Below are positions 1-8,817 of a stretch of DNA of 34,624 bases, piece by piece; the stretch's first letter is position 1, and each line of letters begins with the position of its first letter. Location of the stretch: positions 1 through 34,624 of the forward strand of contig DATETD010000466.1 in NCBI GenBank assembly GCA_035283885.1. The letters are read 5' to 3'. The notes below the pieces were generated by a model, which saw only the letters and a program-made list of their open reading frames with translations, was not told the origin of the DNA and made no database searches. This DNA comes from Rhodocyclaceae bacterium. Lineage in GTDB: Bacteria; Pseudomonadota; Gammaproteobacteria; Burkholderiales; Rhodocyclaceae. Position numbers and translations under genes: made by a program.

Positions 1-1
1 G

Positions 2-643
2 GGTTTCGCGCGCAATGTCATCGTCGGTTTTGCGCGAATTTCCGGTGTGGTGGTCGGCGTGGTGGCGAATCAGCCGATGGTGATGGCCGGGGCGCTCGAT
101 TTGAACGCCGCCGACAAAATCGCGCGCTTCGTGCGTACCTGCAACGTATTCAATGTGCCGTTGGTGACCTTCGTCGATGTGCCGGGCTTCCTGCCGGGCG
201 TCGAGCAAGAGCGCAGCGGGATTATTCGTCATGGCGCGAAAATGCTGCATGCGTTCGCTTCGTGCACCACGCCGAAACTGACGGTGATTTTGCGCAAGGC
301 ATATGGCGGCTCGTATCTGGCGATGTGCAGTCAGGAACTTGGCGCGGATATGGTGTTTGCGTGGCCTACGGCGGAAATCGCCGTGATGGGCGCCGAGGCG
401 GCGGTGAAAATCCTGTATCGCAAAGAACTCGAACAGGCCGAGGATAAGCCTGCGCGCGCGGCGGAGCTGGCCGATAAGTATCGTCATGAATTCGCCTCGC
501 CCTATCTATCCGCAGGTAATTTTTACATTACCGATGTGATCGCCCCCCAGGATACGCGCTGGACCTTGGCCTTGGCCTTGCGCAAGACCTTGGGCAAGCG
601 CGAACTGCGCCCGGCGAAGAAACACGGCAATATGCCGCTTTAG
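2..643 (+). CDS. Acyl-CoA carboxyltransferase (alpha) subunit of a Na+-translocating methylmalonyl-/glutaconyl-CoA decarboxylase, 5'-truncated at the window edge
   Basis: The frame is open from nt 2 (GFARNVIVGFARISGVVVGVVANQP...), so ORF 47..643 is only its Met-trimmed tail. It has blocks typical of the C-terminal half of PccB/MmdA/GcdA carboxyltransferases: PLVTFVDVPGFLPG, IIRHGAKML, KAYGGSY and the C-terminal KKHGNMPL. OadG-like, biotin-carrier and OadB-like genes follow. Confidence 0.8.
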   Translation, partial: GFARNVIVGFARISGVVVGVVANQPMVMAGALDLNAADKIARFVRTCNVFNVPLVTFVDVPGFLPGVEQERSGIIRHGAKMLHAFASCTTPKLTVILRKAYGGSYLAMCSQELGADMVFAWPTAEIAVMGAEAAVKILYRKELEQAEDKPARAAELADKYRHEFASPYLSAGNFYITDVIAPQDTRWTLALALRKTLGKRELRPAKKHGNMPL

Positions 644-656
644 ACGGAGACCGCTT

Positions 657-1010
657 ATGATCGACTCGACGCTTTACAAATTGTTTCAAGTGAGCGCCAT
701 TTCCATCGTGGTTTCGATGGGGGTGGCGGTGGTGATCAAGTTGTTGGTGATGCTGACCGCGCGACTGGAGCGCGCTACGTCCGCCCCCGCCATGTCCGAC
801 GTGCCCGAGGGCAAGATCTGTCCGGTAAATTTCGGCATTCCCGAAGAAGATATCGCCGCCTTGTCGGCGGCGATTTTCGTTGCGATGGGGCCGCACAAAA
901 TTCTACATATCGCCGAGGCTCGTTCCGGTTGGGCGAACGAGGGGCGAGCGGCGCAGCACAGTTCGCATTCGACGCATTCCCATAGCGCGCCTGTGCGCAC
1001 CCGACATTAA
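657..1010 (+). CDS. OadG/MmdD/GcdD-like small membrane subunit of the Na+-pumping decarboxylase
   Basis: 117-aa ORF with GGAG just upstream. It has one N-terminal TM helix (ISIVVSMGVAVVIKLLVML) and an IPEEDIAALSAAI segment like OadG-family subunits. It sits between the carboxyltransferase and biotin-carrier genes. The tail is His/Ser-rich. Confidence 0.6.
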   Translation: MIDSTLYKLFQVSAISIVVSMGVAVVIKLLVMLTARLERATSAPAMSDVPEGKICPVNFGIPEEDIAALSAAIFVAMGPHKILHIAEARSGWANEGRAAQHSSHSTHSHSAPVRTRH

Positions 1011-1043
1011 TTTTTCACATTCAATCGTTCCAAGGAACTTATT

Positions 1044-1442
1044 ATGCCAAGAAAATTCAAGGTCACCGTCAACGGTCGCGAGTACGATGTCGCGGTATTG
1101 GAAGTCACCACACCCGGCGCAGCGAATGTCGTCGCTGCAGCGCACCCTGCACACCCTGCGCCGACTGCCGTGCAGACGGCTGCGCCGACCGCACCGGTTG
1201 CGGTTGCAGCGACTCCCGCCGCTGCGGGCGCCGGCGACGAAATCGCGCAAATGGGGGGGGTGGTGGTGCAGATCGAGGTGAAAGTCGGTCAGACGGTGAA
1301 TCAAGGAGATCGCTTGTTGGTGCTGGAAGCGATGAAGATGAAAAGCGCCGTCGTCTCGACGCGTAGCGGACAGGTGACGCGCATTCTGGTGGCGGTCGGC
1401 GATGCGGTGGATGGCGGTCAGGCGTTGCTGACGATCGCTTGA
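1044..1442 (+). CDS. Biotin carboxyl carrier subunit of the decarboxylase (biotinyl/lipoyl domain)
   Basis: AAGGA ribosome-binding site upstream. N-terminus KFKVTVNGREYDV, an Ala/Pro-rich linker, and a C-terminal biotinyl domain with the EAMKMK biotinylation motif. Confidence 0.85.
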   Translation: MPRKFKVTVNGREYDVAVLEVTTPGAANVVAAAHPAHPAPTAVQTAAPTAPVAVAATPAAAGAGDEIAQMGGVVVQIEVKVGQTVNQGDRLLVLEAMKMKSAVVSTRSGQVTRILVAVGDAVDGGQALLTIA

Positions 1443-1547
1443 ACATCGGCGATAACGCGAACGACGTCGATAATCGATCGACGATTCTTCTTAATGCTAT
1501 TGCACTCGGGCCGTTAAGTCCAGCGGTCCGGGGCGGAGACTATTTTC

Positions 1548-2753
1548 ATGGAAACGCTAAATATTCTTGAGTTGTTCCAGGGGATCGCAACGCTGGTCGC
1601 CGCCGAACCTAGTGTGATGTTCGGGCGCATCTTCCTGATGTTGTTGGGTTTTTTGCTGATTTATTTGGGAACGCGCAATGTGCTGGAGCCGTTGCTGATG
1701 ATACCGATGGGCTTGGGGATGTCGTCGGTCAATGCTGGAGTAATGTTTCTCGACGGACGCAAGGCCGGCACGCTGTTTGTCGATCCCCTCTTGTCCGACC
1801 CGGTCGATCTGATCAATACGATGCAAATCGATTGGTTGCAGCCGGTGTATACCCTAGCTTTCAGCAATGGTCTGATTGCCTGTTTGGTGTTTATGGGCAT
1901 CGGCGTGCTGCTGGATGTCGGCTATGTCATGGCGCGGCCGTTTCAAAGCATGTTTATCGCCATCTGCGCCGAACTCGGCACGTTTGTCGTGTTTCCGTTT
2001 GCCGTTTGGCTGGGCATGACCGAAAAAGAGGCCGCCGCCGTGGCGACGATCGGTGGCGCCGACGGACCGATGGTGCTATTTACCTCGCTGATACTCGCAA
2101 AGCATATTTTCGTACCGATCACCGTCGTCGGCTATCTCTATTTGGGATTGACGTATGGTGGATATCCGTATTTGATCAAGTGGTTGGTGCCGGAGCGTTT
2201 GCGCGGCATCAGCATGGCCGAGGATCGTGCTCCGAAAATCAGCCGTTCGCAAAAGATGGTGTTTGCCGTGGTCGCCTGTACGCTGCTGTGCTTATTGTTC
2301 CCGGTGGCGGCGCCCTTGTTCTTTTCGCTGTTTCTCGGGGTGGCGGTGCGCGAGAGCGGCATCGAGCCATTTACCAAGCTCTTGAGCGAAACCTTTCTGT
2401 ATGGGGCGACGTTTTTCCTCGGCTTGACCTTGGGCATACTGTGCGAAGCGAATACCTTACTGGATCCGACCGTGCTTAAACTGCTGTTGTTGGGGATGTT
2501 GGCCTTGCTAATCTCGGCATTGGGGGGGCTGGCCGGCGGTTATATTCTGTATTTTGCAACGGGCGGCAAGTACAACCCGATCATCGGCGTGGCCGGCGTC
2601 AGTTGCGTGCCGACGACAGCGAAAGTGGTGCAGAAGATTGCGGCGGACGCCAATCCGCGCGCGATTATTCTGCCGCATGCGCTAGGGGCGAATATCAGCG
2701 GGGTGATTACATCGGCTATCATTGCCGGGGTATTTATCGCGATGTTGCGCTAA
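1548..2753 (+). CDS. Na+-translocating decarboxylase beta subunit (OadB/MmdB/GcdB family)
   Basis: 401-aa polytopic membrane protein. It has family-like blocks (IGGADGP, GVAGVSCVPTTAKV, LGANISG) and is the last gene of the decarboxylase operon. Confidence 0.8.
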   Translation: METLNILELFQGIATLVAAEPSVMFGRIFLMLLGFLLIYLGTRNVLEPLLMIPMGLGMSSVNAGVMFLDGRKAGTLFVDPLLSDPVDLINTMQIDWLQPVYTLAFSNGLIACLVFMGIGVLLDVGYVMARPFQSMFIAICAELGTFVVFPFAVWLGMTEKEAAAVATIGGADGPMVLFTSLILAKHIFVPITVVGYLYLGLTYGGYPYLIKWLVPERLRGISMAEDRAPKISRSQKMVFAVVACTLLCLLFPVAAPLFFSLFLGVAVRESGIEPFTKLLSETFLYGATFFLGLTLGILCEANTLLDPTVLKLLLLGMLALLISALGGLAGGYILYFATGGKYNPIIGVAGVSCVPTTAKVVQKIAADANPRAIILPHALGANISGVITSAIIAGVFIAMLR

Positions 2754-2763
2754 TGCTGTCGAA

Positions 2764-2788
2764 GACGGGGCGACCGATCCGTCCCGTC
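2764..2788 (+). terminator. Hairpin downstream of the decarboxylase operon (possible terminator or REP-like structure)
   Basis: gacggggcg-accgatc-cgtcccgtc forms a 9-bp stem (one G-U pair) with a 7-nt loop. There is no immediate U-tract. The right arm belongs to the 22-nt dispersed repeat copy at 2779-2800. Confidence 0.3.
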
Positions 2789-2800
2789 AGCGCCGAGTTT
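2779..2800 (-). repeat. 22-nt dispersed intergenic element, copy 4 (inverted): aaactcggcgctgacgggacgg
   Basis: The reverse complement of ccgtcccgtcagcgccgagttt matches the copies at 11763, 14684 and 18096 at 21/22, 20/22 and 20/22 positions respectively. Confidence 0.8.
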
Positions 2801-2895
2801 CATATCATCGTCGCGGTTTGTCGGCATGCGAAGCCTGTCGAGCGATTTATTTTCGAGTTATTTCGATTGATTGATTTAGGACGCTGGGAGCGTAG

Positions 2896-3753
2896 ATGTT
2901 CCTGATTATCGGTTATGTGATTATTTTGCTGGCTTCGGTCGGCACCTATGCGGTGCATGGCAGCTTGGCGGCGTTGTTCGTGCCTATGGAATATCTGGCG
3001 ATCGTCGGTTTGACGATAGGCGGTTTTGTTGCGGGCAATGGCACCAAGGCGATCAAGGCGACGCTCGCGGCCTTGCCGACAGTGCTGAAAGGCTCGCATC
3101 TCAACAAGGCCTTGTATATGGACCTGCTGGCGATGTTGTACGAGATCTTGGCCAAGGTGCGCAAAGAAGGCTTGATGTCGGTCGAAGGCGATATCGAAAA
3201 CCCCGGCGCCAGTCCGATTTTTTCCAAGTATCCGGCGATTGCCGGCGATCATCATTTGGTCGAGTTTATTTGCGATTATTTGCGCATGATGGTGGGCGGC
3301 AACCTGAACGCGTTCGAAATCGAGAATTTGATGGATCTGGAAATCGAGACTCACCATCAGGAAGCGCATTTGCCGGCGCACGTCGTCTCCAAGGTTGCGG
3401 ACGCCGTGCCGGCGTTCGGGATTGTGGTGGCGGTGATGGGGGTGGTCAACGTCATGGGTTCGGTCGGTCAGCCGCCGGCGGTGCTCGGTAAGATGATCGG
3501 CGGCGCCTTGGTCGGCACCTTTCTGGGGATTCTGGTTTCGTATGGTTTCGTCGCGCCGGTCGCCGGGCAATTGGAGCAGAAAGTGGAGGAAGAGGGCAAA
3601 ATTTTCCAGGTCGTTAAATCGGTGCTGCTGGCCAGTATGAATGGCTATGCGCCGCAAGTGGCGGTCGAATTCGGGCGTAAAGTGTTGTTCGCCGGCGACC
3701 GACCGACGTTTACCGAGCTTGAGGCCGATCTTAAAGGGCGCAAAGGCAAGTGA
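2896..3753 (+). CDS. motA: Flagellar stator protein MotA
   Basis: 285 aa with a GGGAG ribosome-binding site. It has four TM segments and a large cytoplasmic loop. It is close to E. coli-type MotA along its whole length (e.g. PAFGIVVAVMGVV, GALVGTFLGILVSYGFV). Confidence 0.9.
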   Translation: MFLIIGYVIILLASVGTYAVHGSLAALFVPMEYLAIVGLTIGGFVAGNGTKAIKATLAALPTVLKGSHLNKALYMDLLAMLYEILAKVRKEGLMSVEGDIENPGASPIFSKYPAIAGDHHLVEFICDYLRMMVGGNLNAFEIENLMDLEIETHHQEAHLPAHVVSKVADAVPAFGIVVAVMGVVNVMGSVGQPPAVLGKMIGGALVGTFLGILVSYGFVAPVAGQLEQKVEEEGKIFQVVKSVLLASMNGYAPQVAVEFGRKVLFAGDRPTFTELEADLKGRKGK

Positions 3754-3782
3754 TTTTCAACTGCTATATCTTTGTGTGATCG

Positions 3783-4799
3783 ATGAGCGACGATACCCAA
3801 CAGCCGATAGTCGTCAAGAAAATCAAGAAAGGCGGCGCCGGGGCGCATGGCGGCGCCTGGAAGATCGCCTATGCCGACTTCGTGACGGCGATGATGGCCT
3901 TTTTCTTGTTGATGTGGCTGCTGGGGTCGACCGCTCAGGGCGATCTGCAAGGGATTGCCGATTTTTTCAATCAACCGCTGAAGGTGGCGATGTCCGGAGG
4001 GACAGGGGCCGGGGATGCGACGTCGATCATTCCGGGGGGCGGCAAGGACTTGACGGCCTCGCATGGGCAGGTCAAACGCGGCGAAGTGCAAAAGAGCACC
4101 AAATACACGATCCCCAAAGACATGACGGCCGAGATGAAGGCCGAGTTCGAAAAGCAGGAAAAGAAACTGCTGGCCGAACTGAAAACGGTGTTGGAGCAGA
4201 TGATCGACGCCACGCCGGCCTTGGCGCAGTTCAAAAGTCAGTTGCTGCTCGATCTGACCACCGAGGGCTTGCGGATTCAGATTGTCGACGAAAAAAATCG
4301 CCCGATGTTCGATTCCGCCAGTTCCGAATTGAAGCCTTATACGAGGCTGATATTGCGCGAAATCGGCAAGGTGCTGAACAATGTGCAATATCGTGTGAGT
4401 TTGTCGGGACACACCGATGCCCAGCCTTATGCCGGTGGCGATAAAGGCTTCGGCAATTGGGAGTTGTCGACCAATCGCGCCAACGCTTCGCGGCGCGAAT
4501 TGATTGCAGGTGGCATGGTGGATTCGAAAGTCATGCGCGTGGTCGGCTTGGCGGATACCGTGCTTTGGAATAAGAACGATCCCTACGACTCGACCAATCG
4601 GCGCATCAGCATTGTGGTGATGAATAAACGCACCGAAGAAGCCATCATGGCGGATGGTCAGATGACCGAGGTCGCAACGGCGGGCGACGTGGATGCTCAA
4701 GCGGTGAATGCGCAGGTGTCGAGTATGATGGATGCAGCGCCGGTCGCCCGCGGCGCGCCTGCGCCCGCCGCTGCTCCGGCTCCTGTCGGTCGCCACTGA
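3783..4799 (+). CDS. motB: Flagellar stator protein MotB (OmpA-like peptidoglycan-binding C-terminal domain)
   Basis: N-terminus [22 protein letters not shown] carries the conserved channel Asp, as in E. coli MotB. The C-terminus has OmpA-like blocks ([28 protein letters not shown]). Confidence 0.9.
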   Translation: MSDDTQQPIVVKKIKKGGAGAHGGAWKIAYADFVTAMMAFFLLMWLLGSTAQGDLQGIADFFNQPLKVAMSGGTGAGDATSIIPGGGKDLTASHGQVKRGEVQKSTKYTIPKDMTAEMKAEFEKQEKKLLAELKTVLEQMIDATPALAQFKSQLLLDLTTEGLRIQIVDEKNRPMFDSASSELKPYTRLILREIGKVLNNVQYRVSLSGHTDAQPYAGGDKGFGNWELSTNRANASRRELIAGGMVDSKVMRVVGLADTVLWNKNDPYDSTNRRISIVVMNKRTEEAIMADGQMTEVATAGDVDAQAVNAQVSSMMDAAPVARGAPAPAAAPAPVGRH

Positions 4800-4821
4800 A
4801 TTTTATTTCGATGCCTTGTAT

Positions 4822-6042
4822 ATGAATGTCCCGATGAAGAATTGTGTGTTTGGCGCGCTCTGGCTGCTGTCGATTACCGCCGTTTTTTACGGCGTATTGG
4901 GCGACAAGTTCGGCATGCACGATGCCTTGGCGCTGTCGTTCGCCGCCGTGGGTGGCCAGTCGATCGCTTATCTGATCGGGCGCAAGGCCCTAATCGACAG
5001 TGCGTGCGAATGTCAAATGCGCGAGGAGGAGCGGCAGTTGCTTGCCGAATTCCATCGCTTGCTGGCGGAATGCTCGTCGCAATTTTCGCGGCAAATCGAA
5101 ATTATGCGTGGCGAAATGGCGCGCGTACAGAAGTTGTTGGTCGACGCCATCGACACCTTGATGTCGAGCTTTCAAGGCATGCACGACAACACCACGCGAC
5201 AACGCGACTTGACGGTGGCGGTCACTTCCGGCGCCGAGGGCGCGGAAACTTCGCAGCAATTCGATTTATTTGTTAAGAATACCGCCGACGTGATGCAGAA
5301 GGTGGTCGATAGCGTGATCGGCAACAGTAAACTGGGGATGGAGTTGGTCGATTTGACCGAAAGTATCGCGCAACGCACGCAGAGCGTGCAGGCGATTCTT
5401 TCCGAAATCGGCGCGATCGCCAAGCAAACCAATTTATTGGCCTTGAATGCGGCGATCGAGGCGGCGCGCGCCGGCGAAGCGGGGCGCGGTTTTGCGGTTG
5501 TCGCCGACGAAGTGCGCGATCTTTCGGGACGCACCACGCAATTCAGTCAGCAGATCAACGGATTGATGCAAAATATGAAGACTTCGGTGCGTCAGACCGA
5601 AGTGGCGTTGCAGCGCATGGCCGGGCAGGACATGAATTTTGCGCTCGAATCCAAAACCCATGTGGACGATATTATTCGCACCATGGAGGCGCAGAATGCG
5701 ACGCGCTTGAAGGCCTTATCGAGTCTGGGCGATATTGCGGGCGAGGTGGATATGCAGGTGACGCGTGCGGTCACCGCCTTGCAGTTTCAGGATATGGTCG
5801 ACCAGTTGTTGGGCCATATGGGGCGGCGGATGGAGGCGATCGACGATGTTTCGCATCATTTGGGCGCCTTGGCCGAGAGGCTGAAGAGAGACGCGGTCGA
5901 TGTTGCGGCCGCGGATGCATTGAGTTCCTTGCGAGAAGAGACGGCGCGCGTCGCCGATCGTCTCAAGGGGATGGAAGAAGTGACGGCGCACAATCCTGTC
6001 AGCCAAAAAGCGATGAATCAGGGTAGCATCGACCTTTTCTAA
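4822..6042 (+). CDS. Methyl-accepting chemotaxis protein, 406 aa, two TM helices, no periplasmic sensor domain and no recognisable HAMP
   Basis: Signalling hairpin [33 protein letters not shown]1 and TM2 are separated by only ~7 residues (DKFGMHD). The start is placed at the ATG at 4822 because the 4732 start of the ORF track overlaps the motB 3' end. The C-terminus is GSIDLF, with no xWxxF pentapeptide. Confidence 0.85.
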   Translation: MNVPMKNCVFGALWLLSITAVFYGVLGDKFGMHDALALSFAAVGGQSIAYLIGRKALIDSACECQMREEERQLLAEFHRLLAECSSQFSRQIEIMRGEMARVQKLLVDAIDTLMSSFQGMHDNTTRQRDLTVAVTSGAEGAETSQQFDLFVKNTADVMQKVVDSVIGNSKLGMELVDLTESIAQRTQSVQAILSEIGAIAKQTNLLALNAAIEAARAGEAGRGFAVVADEVRDLSGRTTQFSQQINGLMQNMKTSVRQTEVALQRMAGQDMNFALESKTHVDDIIRTMEAQNATRLKALSSLGDIAGEVDMQVTRAVTALQFQDMVDQLLGHMGRRMEAIDDVSHHLGALAERLKRDAVDVAAADALSSLREETARVADRLKGMEEVTAHNPVSQKAMNQGSIDLF

Positions 6043-6080
6043 TTTTTAACTGTTTTTGAGTTTGTTGATCGGAGTTTTTA

Positions 6081-6446
6081 ATGGCTAAAACCATTCTTGC
6101 TGTTGATGATTCGGCTTCCATTCGCCAAATGGTGGCTTTTACCCTGAAGAGTTCGGGATACGAGGTGGTCGATGCGGTGGATGGCATGGACGGGCTGGAG
6201 AAGGCCAAGACGAAGAGCTTCAGCTTGGTGATTACCGATCAGAATATGCCGCGCATGGATGGTCTGACCTTGATCAAGAGCTTGCGCGCCATGGCGCAGT
6301 ACAAGACGACCCCGATCCTGATGTTGACGACCGAGTCGTCGGACGCGATGAAGCAGCAAGGTCGGGCGGTCGGCGCCACCGGCTGGCTGGTCAAACCTTT
6401 CGACCCGCAAAAGCTGGTCGAAGTGGTCAAAAAGGTGATCGGCTGA
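6081..6446 (+). CDS. cheY: CheY-like single-domain response regulator (module 1)
   Basis: 121 aa with a GGAG ribosome-binding site. Receiver motifs are present: DD (AVDDS), the phospho-acceptor Asp in ITDQNMPRMDG, T in LTTES and K in LVKPF. It lies directly upstream of cheA. Confidence 0.85.
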   Translation: MAKTILAVDDSASIRQMVAFTLKSSGYEVVDAVDGMDGLEKAKTKSFSLVITDQNMPRMDGLTLIKSLRAMAQYKTTPILMLTTESSDAMKQQGRAVGATGWLVKPFDPQKLVEVVKKVIG

Positions 6447-6505
6447 ATCGCCCTTAAGCTGAATCGCTGCATCTTTTCTCGCCACGACTACGACAAGGAG
6501 GCGCC

Positions 6506-8764
6506 GTGTCCATCGACATGAGCCAGTTTTATCAGGTGTTCTTCGAAGAAGCGCAGGAGCACCTTGCCAGCATGGAATCGCTATTGCTCGGGTTGGATGT
6601 GAACGATCCCGATTCCGAACAGTTGAATGCGGTGTTCCGCGCGGCGCATTCGATCAAGGGTTCCGCCGGCACGTTCGGCTTTACCGACTTGGCCGATGTC
6701 ACCCATATTCTCGAAAATCTGCTCGACCGGATCCGCAAGGGCGAGCTGGCGTTGCGCGTGGAAATGATCGACGCTTTTTTGGATGCGGGCGATATTCTCA
6801 AGGCCTTGCTGGCGGCGCATCGCGGCGAAGGCGAAGCCGACCTGGCGCAAGTCGGCGCGATTTGTAAGCGCTTGTCGCAATTGACGGCGACCGATGCCGT
6901 CGTCAATGCGGCGGCGGAACCGGCGGCGGGCAGCGATATCGTTTTTATCCTCGAAATGGACGCCGAGGCCGCCGGGCAAGCCGTGGACAATCTGGTGACG
7001 GATCTTTCGCAACGCTGGTCGGTGATCGTGGTGCGCCGCGCCGACGCCGACGATGCCTACTGGCGCCTGAGGGTGGGGCTGGACGGCGATGCGGATGTCG
7101 TCCGCACTATGCTGGAATTTATCGCGCGCAGCGACAGCATACGCATTTTGCCGGCCGGCGGTTCGCTGCACGACGCCGACGATAGCGATGGCGCCTACGG
7201 ATTTTTCGATACGCCCGAGCCGCCCTCGGCTCGACCCGATTCGCCCTCGGCTCGGCCCGCGCCGGCTCAAGAGGAAGCGTATGGCTTTTTCGAGCCGTTG
7301 CCGGCGCCTGCCGCAGCGGAGGAGGAGGCGTCACCAGACGCAGCCGCAGACGCAGCCGCAGCCGTCTCTCCAGCGCCGACTTCTGCGGCGTCGCGTCAAC
7401 CCGGCAGCGAAGGCGAAGGTTTCGGCTTTTTTGTCGATTTGCCCTTACCGCCGCCCGAAGCCGCTACATCGTCGTCGGAAGCTAATTCCTCTGCGGCGGA
7501 AGCGACTAAAGCCCCATCCTCGGCTAAGGCTCTCAAAGACGTTAAGCCCGCCAAAGCCGCCAAAGCATCGACGGTCGGCGAAACGTCGATTCGCGTCGAT
7601 GTCGATAAAGTCGATCAATTGATCAATCAGATCGGCGAGTTGGTGATTACTCAGGCGATGCTGGCGCAGTCGGCGTCGGTGCTCGATCCGGTGCAGTTCG
7701 AACGTCTACATAACGGCTTGGCGCAATTGGAGCGCAATACGCGCGACTTGCAGGAATCGGTGATGTCGATCCGTATGATGCCGATTTCCGTGGTGTTTTC
7801 GCGTTTCCCGCGCGTGGTGCGCGACCTGTCGCAAAAACTCGGCAAACAGGTGGAATTGCAGACCATCGGCGAAGGCACCGAACTCGACAAGAGCCTGATC
7901 GAACGCATCAGCGATCCGCTGACGCATTTGGTGCGCAATAGTCTGGATCACGGCATCGAAATGCCCGACGAACGCGCCGCCAAGGGCAAGCCGCCGCTCG
8001 GCACGATTACGCTCAAAGCCTATCACCAAAGCGGTAACATCGTGATCGAAGTCGGCGACGATGGCGCGGGACTGAATCGTCAGAAGATTCTCGAAAAGGC
8101 CAAGGAACGCGGCATGGCGGTGCACGATCAGATGACCGACAACGAAGTCTGGATGCTGATTTTCGAAGCCGGTTTTTCGACCGCCGACCAGATTACCGAA
8201 GTCTCCGGTCGTGGCGTTGGCATGGATGTGGTCAAACGCAATATCGGCGAAATGGGCGGACGGGTCGAAATCGAATCGATGCCGGGTATCGGCACGCGCA
8301 TGACAGTTAGATTGCCGCTGACGTTGGCGATTCTTGACGGCATGTCGATCGCCGCCGGCAAGGAAACCTATATTATTCCTTTGGGGTATGTGATCGAGTC
8401 CTTGCAAGCCGAGCCGGGCATGATCAAGAGCGTGTCGGGCGTGGAGCGCTTGATTCAGGTGCGCGGCGAATATCTGCCGGTCGTCGCTTTGCACGAGATT
8501 TTCAAAATTCCCGACACCATCACCCGCCTCGATCAAGGGATTATGGTGATCGTCGAAGCCGATGGCGTCAAGGCGGCGTTGTTTATCGATGCGCTGGTCG
8601 GTCAGCATCAAGTCGTCATCAAGAGCCTGGAATCCAATTATCGTAAGGTGGCCGGCGTCGCCGGGGCGACGATTATGGGCGACGGCCATGTCGCTTTGAT
8701 CCTCGATGTCGTCGCTTTAGTGCATATGGCGCGCAATGCGATGAAATCTAAAGGGATTTTTTAG
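6506..8764 (+). CDS. cheA: Chemotaxis histidine kinase CheA (P1-P2-like-linker-P3-P4-P5)
   Basis: GTG start with AAGGAG 6 nt upstream. Hpt motif AAHSIKGSAGTFGF. P3 ETSIRVDVDKVDQL. HATPase N, G1 and G2 boxes (HLVRNSLDHG, DDGAGL, GRGVGMD). The C-terminus is a CheW-like P5 domain. Confidence 0.95.
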   Translation: MSIDMSQFYQVFFEEAQEHLASMESLLLGLDVNDPDSEQLNAVFRAAHSIKGSAGTFGFTDLADVTHILENLLDRIRKGELALRVEMIDAFLDAGDILKALLAAHRGEGEADLAQVGAICKRLSQLTATDAVVNAAAEPAAGSDIVFILEMDAEAAGQAVDNLVTDLSQRWSVIVVRRADADDAYWRLRVGLDGDADVVRTMLEFIARSDSIRILPAGGSLHDADDSDGAYGFFDTPEPPSARPDSPSARPAPAQEEAYGFFEPLPAPAAAEEEASPDAAADAAAAVSPAPTSAASRQPGSEGEGFGFFVDLPLPPPEAATSSSEANSSAAEATKAPSSAKALKDVKPAKAAKASTVGETSIRVDVDKVDQLINQIGELVITQAMLAQSASVLDPVQFERLHNGLAQLERNTRDLQESVMSIRMMPISVVFSRFPRVVRDLSQKLGKQVELQTIGEGTELDKSLIERISDPLTHLVRNSLDHGIEMPDERAAKGKPPLGTITLKAYHQSGNIVIEVGDDGAGLNRQKILEKAKERGMAVHDQMTDNEVWMLIFEAGFSTADQITEVSGRGVGMDVVKRNIGEMGGRVEIESMPGIGTRMTVRLPLTLAILDGMSIAAGKETYIIPLGYVIESLQAEPGMIKSVSGVERLIQVRGEYLPVVALHEIFKIPDTITRLDQGIMVIVEADGVKAALFIDALVGQHQVVIKSLESNYRKVAGVAGATIMGDGHVALILDVVALVHMARNAMKSKGIF
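7221..7259 (+). repeat. In-frame 21-nt tandem duplication in the cheA linker (PSARPDS/PSARPAP)
   Basis: cgccctcggctcgacccg (7221-7238) and cgccctcggctcggcccg (7242-7259) differ at 1 of 18 positions, with a 21-nt period. Confidence 0.7.
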
Positions 8765-8817
8765 CCGGCGAACGATGTAGCGAATATCCGTAAATTATTG
8801 GAACAAGGAGCGAGAAC

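Noticed and set aside
1832-2479. Same-strand alternative-frame ORFs lie inside real genes. Examples are 1832-2479 (215 aa) in the OadB-like gene, 3641-4444 in motA/motB, 7089-7622 in cheA and 30900-31406 in flhA.
   Set aside because: They are Arg-rich and out of frame with well-supported genes. They have no ribosome-binding site or recognisable motifs.
2-4799. The idea that the Na+-pumping decarboxylase is functionally coupled to the adjacent MotAB stator, with a Na+ cycle driving a Na+ motor.
   Set aside because: MotA and MotB here are collinear with the H+-type E. coli proteins ([18 protein letters not shown]) and do not resemble PomA/PomB. A hairpin and repeat element plus a 142-nt gap separate the operons. 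The adjacency is most simply coincidental, but ion specificity cannot be read from sequence with certainty.
4732-4821. The upstream ORF-track start (4732) for the first MCP.
   Set aside because: It would overlap the last 68 nt of motB and add an Arg/Pro-rich leader. The ATG at 4822 (MNVPMKNC...) immediately precedes the first TM helix.
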